Shown here in pieces: positions 53,491 through 64,000 of a stretch of 64,000 nucleotides of DNA. The stretch comes from Eledone cirrhosa (taxonomy: Eukaryota). Both the position numbers and the translations under genes were made by a program. Positions within the stretch are counted from its first letter, which is position 1. Each line of letters starts with the position of its first letter. The DNA lies in NCBI GenBank assembly GCA_964016885.1, contig OZ024757.1, positions 6,634,001-6,698,000 on the forward strand, read 5' to 3'. A model generated the notes under the pieces. That model saw only the letters and a program-made list of their open reading frames with translations. It did not search any database and was not told the DNA's origin.

Positions 53491-53764
53491 CAATATATCA
53501 TATATCCTATACAATATGTGGCTCTTTCTCTCTGTATATATAACCAAGTGAAAAGATATATGTATATATCTTTTCACTTGGTTATATATATATTATAAGA
53601 ACAGATTAAAGTTTAAGCAAAGAATCACTGCTTTCACCTCTGGAGAGGTTTGGGGAGTATGTGTGTGTTTTTGTAGGATGTTAGTCATGGTAAGTTTTAA
53701 CTGTGAGAGTTTATTCTCGAGATCCTACGAAAACACACACATACTCACCACAACCTCTCCAGAC

Positions 53765-54042
53765 CACAACTTGCTACCCTAAGTTAACCTCAGATCTAAG
53801 AATCTTGTATACTTCTCATCGGACAAGGGAAAATAATTTTGTTATTACCAGAGAGGCCTACAACAACCGAGCCCACCAATATCTCAACTACGACAGTCTC
53901 TACTCGGACGTCACTGGAATTACACCCACACTGATAGAGAACCAGATCAACACTGCCTGGACCAACATCTCGAAGGCTCCTGAAGAGATTCCGGTAGAAT
54001 TACATAACAAGAAACAGCAGACTGCCCAACTTCTGCCATCTG
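53765..54042 (+). mobile_element. Penelope-like reverse transcriptase N-terminal fragment
   Basis: LYFSSDKG in one frame, joined by a frameshift to VITREAYNNRAHQYLN..LYSDV..PTLIENQINTAW; preceded by inverted repeat 53639-53763. Confidence 0.55.
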
Positions 54043-54946
54043 ATCATTTTACAGGACAGGAAAATGTTTTTTTAATCAGAAATCTGTGAATAATTAGTTT
54101 TTACTAAATTTTCTTGACTTTATTTGACAACTAAAGTACGTATTATTTCATTTTCCATCACAACACAAACATTGTGAACTTTTTAGTATCTAAAGTGAAA
54201 TATCTTGATTATTACAATGCGTACACACATATTTCTACACGCACGTCTATTTCTTTCTCTCATACGTAAACACTGTATGTCTGTATATATATATATATAT
54301 GTGTATATATATTAACCTTCATCTTTTGAAATTATTGATATTAATTCTCCTCTCACCTGAACTGTCCTCAATAATAAGAACATTAACTATAGAAGTCTTA
54401 TTCGTCTGTTTTATGAGCTGAGGATTTTATTGTGAATAGAGTTTCTCTCACCTTAACAAAAATAATAGTGGAATACTCCACAAGAATCAAATATATATAA
54501 AGCACCTAGCACTCACTGTAAATGAGGTTGGTGTTAGGAAGGGCATCCAGCTGTAGAAATCAAGCTAGAATCAGTTCCCATATGAGCAAGACAAGGTCAG
54601 CTGACCGGACACTGTCCATAACAGGACAACCCGTCTAACCTATGCTAGCATGGAGGAATGGACGTAAAACGATATGATATCATCATCATCATCATCATCA
54701 TATATATATATATAAGCACTTGCTTTTTCTTCATCCAAGATCAGTCTTACACTGACATATGTCTTATTACTTGTACCAACTGAATGCTACATTACAACTT
54801 TGTAGAAGAAGAAAGCAGAGTTCTGCAGTCTTTTATGGACACTGTGTATATTAGACTACATGGCATCATCTTAACAATATCTACATTTCTTAATGTATCA
54901 GTAAAAGTGGTGAGACTCCTTTATGTAAAGATCACTAGCTAGAAAT

Positions 54947-55198
54947 ATGTCTGAATATAGCTGTGAGATTTGTAGGAAAACTTTCTCTTCAAGACTGAAT
55001 CTATCCTCACATGGGAAAATACACAGTAGAGAAAAACCCTTCCACTGTGATATATGTGGGAAATCTTTCACTTATAATTCTAATCTTGTCATCCACATAC
55101 GGAGTCACACAGGAGAAAAACCCTTCCATTGTGAAATATGTGAGAAATCTTTCACATGGAATTCTTCGCTGGTTGTTCACAAATGTAGTCAACACTAG
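54947..55198 (+). CDS. Minimal 3-finger C2H2 paralogue, 83 aa
   Basis: [13 protein letters not shown] first finger, one internal finger, terminal NSSLVVH..SQH finger. Confidence 0.7.
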   Translation: MSEYSCEICRKTFSSRLNLSSHGKIHSREKPFHCDICGKSFTYNSNLVIHIRSHTGEKPFHCEICEKSFTWNSSLVVHKCSQH

Positions 55199-55289
55199 TG
55201 ATAAACCCCATCACTGTGAAATGTGAAACACACAAATATACAGACACACTCTGGAAAGAAGAAAATAAATATATATATGTGTGTCTGTC

Positions 55290-55336
<47 letters not shown>

Positions 55337-56829
55337 ACTGAGAATAGGATGACCTGATGAGCTGTTTCCTGTGGTAGATACCTAAACATAGTAAGACCCT
55401 AGTGGGATGACTGAGATTGACCTACATAGATCAGATGTCACAGGATGTCCAGCTGGAGATTAATGATCTCAGGAATGCCATGGAAGATTGTGACATCTAA
55501 AGAAGGAGAGTAGAATTGTTGTGGCCAATCCACCTGACCTAATATATGATAATAATAACAATATATATTAATGAACATTTATTATGGTGAAATATGTTGA
55601 AAATCATTCTCAGAGGATTTGTACTGTAATCCACAAATACACTCTGGAGAAAGTTCTACTTCATATTATTTGGCATTATGGTTTCTTATAGAGACACTTC
55701 ATTTCATTGTTGAGGGTGGTGGATTGGCAGAATCAGTAGAGTGTCAGACGATATGCTTTGTGTCATATAGTTACATTCCGTTACATTCTGTATTAAAATC
55801 CTGCTGAGGTTAACTTTACTTTTCTTCCTCAGAGGTTCAGTAAAATAAAGTACCAGTAATGCACTGGGGTTGAGTTAAAAGTAGAAACATTTATTTAAAG
55901 TCTATAAAACAATGGATGGAATGCTTTCTGCCATATTTGTTCTGGTTCTCTGCTCTCTTAGTTTAAATCCTGCTGAGGTCAACTTTGCCTTTCATCCATT
56001 CAAGGTTGATAACAAAAAAGTCCCAGTCTACCACTGGGGTCTGTTCTTCCTCTCCATATTTCTTTCTCACTTCCTCTCTCTCATTCTCTCTCCTTCTCTG
56101 GAAGAAATCAACTGTTCAAACCTGGTGAGTGAAAGCTCCACCAAGCTTCAAATGTCCACAGTGGCACCCTTATAACTACATCATAAAAAAAACAACAAGA
56201 TCAATGTGTTTATTTTATAAACCTTAACTGTTTTATATTCATATTTGTGACAAAATATCTACATTTATGTGTAAATAAAAACAATTCTATAACTTTAATA
56301 TTTGTTGATGGTACTTTCATGAGAATTCAAATTATGACTTTTTAAAAAATAATTTACATTTGAAAATACTTTACAATTTTCTTCTCTTTTTCTTCACCCA
56401 TTCCTGAGAGGGTTGTAGGGGTTAGACTCCTCACACACCCCTTCTACGTGCTATGTTTGTAAAATTTCTCCTATACACTACACACACAACAACACATCAC
56501 TCTGCACACACACACCACATCAAAACACCACAATACGCCACATACCAAACCACAACAGACACATCATTCCACAACACACCACATACAAACCATGTAGTTA
56601 TACCAACCCAGTATCTTGGTTTTAGTGATATTTGTGTAACAAATCTCAACATCCCAGACCTTAGCAAGTGGAGTGGAACTCATCAGATTGGACATTAAAT
56701 GATGAGCTGTGACATCATTGGTGTCAATCTGTTTCAGCCATTCTTTGACCAACATTATATATAGTGTATGTATGTAATATATATATATATATAGAAATCA
56801 TATATATATATATATACAGTATTTATATG

Positions 56830-59800
56830 TTCAAGAGAGTAGGTGGAGGGGTGTGTGGGTAAAAACAATGCTATAAACCTCTCTGGGTGGGAAATGACAT
56901 AGGGCTGGGTGGAGTAGGAATTATGTTAGCAGAGAAATGGGTAGATAAGGTAATTGCCATAAATAGAGTTAACAACAGAATAATTAAAATAAGACTAGTT
57001 CTAAATAGAACAACTATGACAATAATATCCACTTATGTACCCCAATCTGGTCTACCTGACGTAATAAAAGACAGGTTCTATGATTTGCTAATGTTCACTT
57101 CCTCCCAAATAAACCTCAGTGACTGCATAATTATTGCTGGTGACCTAAATGGTCACATTGGACAACATAGTGATGGCTATGATGGAATCCATGGAGGCTA
57201 TGGGTTTGGTACTAGAAATGAGGAAGGCTTCAGGATCCTGGAATTTTGTGACACTAATAACCTAACTATCTGTAACACAAACTTCAAAAATGAGAAAATC
57301 ACTTGATCACCTGTAGATCAGGGGAATATGCCAGCCAGATATATTATATCCTTACTAGAAGGTGTGACTGTGTCTGTTGTAAACACTAAATCCCTCCCCC
57401 GTGAAGAATGCACCTCCCAACATAGCCTAGTAGTTAGTTACCTCACAGTCAGGAATAGAGGTACTCGACGACAGAGGAGGCCTACCTTGAGGAGAAGAGT
57501 ATGGAAGTTGAAGGACCCCATAGCCAGTGACAAATTTAAAAGCTTATTGATGCCTTTGACAATAAGGAAGAGCAATTAGAGACGTGCAATATAGAGGAAC
57601 AGTGGGACTTCTTGAAAGTTAACCTGCTGCAGGCGACAGATGAAATCTGTGGCTGGAGCAGACCTAAAGGCAGGTGGAGAGTAACTTGGAAGTGGAACAG
57701 TAAGGTGGAGGAGTCAATCAAGGCCAGAAAGAAGGCTTGGAAAGTATGGGGGAAGTAGAGAACACTATCATGTGGCCAGGAGAGAAGCTAGGAGACAAGT
57801 GTACTCTGCAAGAAGGGAAGCAGAGAATAGAAAGTTCAAGCATGTTCTACAACGTGAGGTGTTCAGGATCGCAAAAGAAAGTGTCAAGGAAAACCGTGAT
57901 ATTGTCAGGGAGAAGTGTGTCCGTAATGATGATGGTGTACTTGCCCTCCCTGATACTGATAAGAAGGTAGCTTGGAAGTGTCACTACGAGGGACTACTAA
58001 AAGAGGAGAATAAATGAGAAAAAAGATAGTCTACCCCAAATCGATCCAATAGAGGGACCAGCAGTGCAAGTTAATGGTAGTATAGTAAGTAAGGCAATCA
58101 AAGATATGAAGACGGGCAAGGCAGCTGGGATTTGGAGATAGTTGTTGAGATGTTGAAAGCATCTGGAATTGTGGGACATACTATGGACACCCAGGTCACA
58201 GAAAGAGTTATAGCACAACTAATCAGAGACCAAATAGATCTAGATGAAATGTAGTTTGGGTTCGTGCCAGGTAAAAGTACCACAGATGCTATTTTCTTTG
58301 TTCAGCAACTACAGAAGTACCTAGCTAAAAGTAAACCCCTTATATTTAGCTTTTGTTGACTTGGAGAAAGCCTTTGACAGAGTCCCCCGCTCCATTATCT
58401 GGTGGGCCCTTAGAAATGTAAGAGTAGATGAATGGCTTGTGAGAGCTAGACAAGCCATGTATAAAGAAACTGTCAGCAAGGTTAGAATTAACAATGAATA
58501 TAGTGAAGAGTTTAGTGTAAAAGTAGGTGTTCAGCAAGGCTTCTTAGCTTCCTCCTGTTTATTATTTCCCTGCAGGCTATAACAGAGGGGTTTAAGACCA
58601 GCTGCCCATGGGAACCTCTATATGCAGATGATCTAACTCTCATAGCTGGATCTATGGCTGAACTACAGAAGAAATTCCAAAAATGCAGGCATAGCCTTGA
58701 ATCAAAAGGCCTTAAAGTTAACTTGTCTAAGATTAAAGGTCTACTATGTAGAAAAGAAAATAGGGCACTGGTGCCATGCTCAGTGTGTAGGAAAGGAGTA
58801 GGTATAAATTCCATTCTATGTCCCAAATGCAAACTATGGGTACATAAAAGATGTAGTGAGATCACAGGTAAGCTATCTAAGAATGTAGATTTTATATGTG
58901 GCTGATGCTCATGTGAAATAAGCAGCAAGTACCCACAGGATACTAGCACCTTCTACTGCCCAGATGGTTCTATAGAAATAGTGGACACTTTCTGTTGCCT
59001 GGGTGACAAAATCAGCAGTGGTGGAGGGTGCTCTGAAAGTGTAGTAGCCAGAGTTAGAACGGGATGGAAAAAGCTCAGAGAGCTTATACCGCTGCTAGAC
59101 ACAAAAAGTTTCTCTCTAAAAATGAAAGGCAGATTGTATGATACTTGCATACGAACAGCAATGTTACATGGCAGTGAGACATGGGCATTGTGTGCAGAGG
59201 ACCTGCACAGATTGGAAAGGAACAAAGCATGCATGCTCCGTTGGACGTGTAATTGTAATATACATGAACGGCAAAACATAAACGAACTAAGTGAGAAATT
59301 AGGAATAAGAGGGATCAGATGCTGTTTACTTTAGAGAAGATTACATTGGTATGGTCATATGATGCGCATGAAAGATGACAGCTTTATAAAAAAGTGCAGG
59401 GTGATCAAAATTGATGGAAGTTACGGAGTAGGTAGACCCAGAAAAACCTGGGATGACATAAAATCCAACCTTGCACACTTACACCTCTCTTAGACAATGT
59501 CCCTGGATCGAGATTTATGGCACCACACAGTAACAGAGAAGACCTGCCTTCCCTACGTGCAAAGTTGACCTACAGTCAGTAGGCCCCTCCTAACCAAATA
59601 TACACCCAACCCACAACCCCTACTCTATCCTCCCACTCCCACCAAAACAACCCTGTCTCTGTAAAGTTATGTTGGTGCCACAACATCCAGTCCAAACTAA
59701 AGAGGTCGTGTAGGTGTCATCACGAAAAGGCTCCCAGTCCACACTGGAAATGTGGTTGGTGTTAGGAAGGGCATCCAACTGTAGAAAACCTGCCAGATAC

Positions 59801-59915
59801 AGTCCTATACGAGCGAGACATGGTCACCCGATCAATCTTGCCTCAAGTAGGACAATTCCCGTCTAACCCATGCTAGCGTGGAAGACAGACGTTAAATGAT
59901 AATGATGATGATGAT
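56830..59915 (+). mobile_element. RTE LINE, duplicated copy of 7745-10935
   Basis: Same 5' truncation (TTCAAGAGAGTAGG) and shared ENRALVPCSVC deletion; private deletion of about 140 bp at about 58193. Confidence 0.95.
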
Positions 59916-60076
59916 ATATAGTGTATATAATAGTTGTAATGTCACTGGTGCTGATCTATATCAGCCTTTCCCTTTCAGCGTGGAAGACAGACGTTAAATG
60001 ATAATGATGATGATGATATATAGTGTATATAATAGTTGTAATGTCACTGGTGCTGATCTATATCAGCCTTTCCCTT
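59876..60076 (+). repeat. Tandem duplication of about 101 bp at the RTE tail
   Basis: GCGTGGAAGACAGACGTTAAATG...CAGCCTTTCCCTT occurs twice; single in unit A. Confidence 0.9.
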
Positions 60077-62849
60077 GGACAACATGACATATAGTCTATA
60101 TATATTGGACAATATTATATATAGTGTATATGTGGTGTATATAGTAGTTGTGACAATATTCTATATACATATGTACACACACACTGACAAACATGTATAT
60201 ACATATAGAAGGGTCAGATGAGGAGTTCATAGACTGACCAAGTTACTCTCATGGAATGAGACAATGTATACACACAAATATATACGATATATATGTATAC
60301 AAACACATATATATTGTATAGTGAAGTCATACAACATATGGTAATATCATGTTTTCAATTGTCAGTTAGGGAGGTACATTGTGTCCTTAAACAAGACACA
60401 TCATTCCACATGTCTCTAATCTCCACAGCTGAAAAAGACAAGTATCAGCTTTAGTTGGAGGTTTAGCATGGGTTGGATCATTCTCTGCCTCCAACATTTT
60501 CCCTGTGGCCACAAACCCAGGCTTTACTACCTGTAATAGAGAGAAGAGGGAGATAGTTAAATACTGGGGCCTGACTCACCACTTCTTCTTTGTCCCCACA
60601 CTGCTGATTTCCTTCTCAAAATTAGAAACACAGCAGCCCCCTTGAGGAAGTAGTCCCATGAGGTGGAGTGGATGTTGTAGTGGGTGTCTCTGGCTATTCT
60701 CTGTGGTAACACTTTTGTCATTTTGTCTGTAGGGTGGGGCTGAATCACAGCTCGACTGAAATATAAAGTCTGTCCCTCTCCCATTATTTTCGTTGGATTG
60801 GCAGTATCGGTAGAGCGTCGGACTCCATGCTTTGTAGCATAGAGTTACCTCCCTTTATGACCTGAGTTCAAATTCCGCTACGGTTAACTTTGCCTTTCAT
60901 CCTTACGAGATCGATAAAATAAAGTACCAGTAATACACTGAGATAATTGCTGGCCTTGTGACCAAAGTAGAAACAAATATTTTCGTTGTTTGATTCGTTT
61001 TTTTTTCCATTACTTAAATATTTTATTACCTTTAATAATGTGTTTTGGTTTAATATGAACAGTTATATAAAATTAATAACGTTATTTATTCAAATCTGAA
61101 TAAAGTACTAGCATATCTTTTGAACGTTTGTATCTAAACTATAATAAAAGGACGAGGGCGGGACTGCGTACGGTTTATAATTTGTTATCCCATTAGTAAA
61201 ATAAGTTGGATTACTTTGAATAAATAATGAATGAATATTACATAATTTATCTACTAAATTTCGTGGCTGTTGATTAAATATATTTTGTTTATTTAAAGAT
61301 TCACTTCTTTAAAATTTCTGAAAGGTCAACACTTCCGGTTGGCCATCACTTCAATAAACTATTAATTTTCTGTCACTAAATTTCTCCTAATGCAGTTTAT
61401 ATATAATATCGTCTTTTTTAATGTAACATGGATTACGTTACTGATTACATAAGACAGTGTAACACAGTCTTCGTTCAATTTCTGTGTATTATATATTGTC
61501 AAGGCGGTGGATTGGCAGTATTGGTAGAGGGTCGGACGGCATGCTTTGACGCATAGAGTTACGGCCCTTGCCATTCTGAGTTCAAATCCCGCCGATGTTA
61601 ACTTTGCCTTTCATCCTTACGGGGTCGATAAAATAAAGTACCAGTAATACACTGGTTGTTTGCTGGACTTGTGCCTAACGTAGAAACAATTATATATTGT
61701 AAATTATGATTTTATTTGATGTATCATATCTACATGTATATATATATACTTGCGTATAATATCAATATACACACTACACATGCTATCAGAAAACCACCCG
61801 AAGGTAGCATGTGTAGTGTGTATATTGATATTATACGCAGGCATATATATACATGTATCATATATACCTGCGTATAATATCAATATACACACTACACATG
61901 CTACTTTCGGGTGGTTTTCTGCAAGTTCATATAACGGAAGTTGTTTCTGAATGTATTAAATTATGTGGGGGACTTTAAAGTCATGACACCGGTGTCAACT
62001 GGACGGTGAAATATTACCATTTATATCAGCTCCATTGTTACAACTTAAACCTCATCTAATTTTATCTTTTATGGTGATTATTTCATATTAAGGTGGACGT
62101 TAATGTTTGTAAATAACATAAGGTGTCTTATTTACCTTATAGTTGTTGTTTTATCACCTGTATTATTAAATATTGAAGGGGTTGTTCAACATTTTACAGG
62201 ATAGGAAAATATTATTTTAATCAGAAATCAGTGAACATTTAGTTTTTACTAACTTTTCTTGACTTTATATTTGGTCTTGACAACTAAAGTACGTATTATT
62301 TCCTTTTCCACCACAACACAAACATTGTGAACTTTTCTATCTGAAGTGAAATATCTTGTTTTATTACAACACTTACACACATATTTCTACACACATACAC
62401 GTCTATTTCTCTCTCTCATACATACACACTGTATGTCTGTATATATATTAACCTTCTTTTGAAATTATGGATATTAATTCTCTTGTCACCTGAACTGTCC
62501 CCAATAACAAGAACCTTAACTATAGAAGTCTTATTCGTCTGTTTTATGAGCTGAGGATTTTATTGTGAAGAGAGCTTCTCTCACTTTAACAAAAATAATA
62601 GTGGAATACTCCACAATAATCACACACACACACATAAGCACTTGCCTTTTCTTCATCCAAGATCAGTCTTACGCTGACATATGTCTTATTACTTGTACCA
62701 ACTAAATGCTACATTACAACTTTGTAGAAGAAGAAAGTGGACTTCTGCAGTCTTTTATGGACCCTTTGTATATTAGAATACATGGCATCTATTAACCATA
62801 CCTACATATCTTAATGTATCAGCAAAAGTGGTCAGAATCCTTTATGTAA

Positions 62850-64000
<1,151 letters not shown>

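Larger units (their letters stand above)
54045..62065 (+). repeat. Segmental duplication unit C
   Basis: Colinear with unit A, including the same truncated RTE and the SINE insertions. Confidence 0.9.

Noticed and set aside
55353-55372. CTGATGA as a hammerhead core
   Set aside because: No GAAA or paired stems; part of a decayed LINE fragment (TTGATGA in paralogues at 4192 and 15622)

Overview
AT-rich, repeat-dense eukaryotic DNA, most likely a cephalopod/octopus (inferred from the SINE/RTE repertoire and single-exon C2H2 arrays). The window is a tandem cluster of effector-less C2H2 zinc-finger genes: four close paralogues at about 2.8, 13.8, 54.9 and 62.9 kb in 8-11 kb segmental-duplication units, a divergent 15-finger gene at 48.1 kb, and relics. 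Three of the four close paralogues carry frameshifts or stops, and the fourth has only 3 fingers. Between them lie decayed RTE-clade LINEs, tRNA-derived SINEs, MITEs, a Helitron-like end, LTR-like fragments, Penelope-like fragments and minisatellites. Features the ORF track misses: (1) an intact type I hammerhead ribozyme at 44098-44173, plus half-hammerheads and a degenerate one; one half-hammerhead has become a perfect fold-back palindrome centred on its stem II; (2) a cryptic multi-exon RING-finger + death-domain gene or pseudogene at about 21.1-26.6 kb; (3) a modular foldback/TIR element family (three copies) whose termini carry perfect CRE palindromes, one just upstream of the longest intact ZNF gene; (4) many 25-157 bp fold-back palindromes and a 3.5 kb nested inverted duplication of the ZNF 5' region; (5) a conserved 89-nt non-coding exon upstream of the five main ZNF copies. 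No prokaryotic features or CRISPR arrays were seen. All alignments were made by eye.
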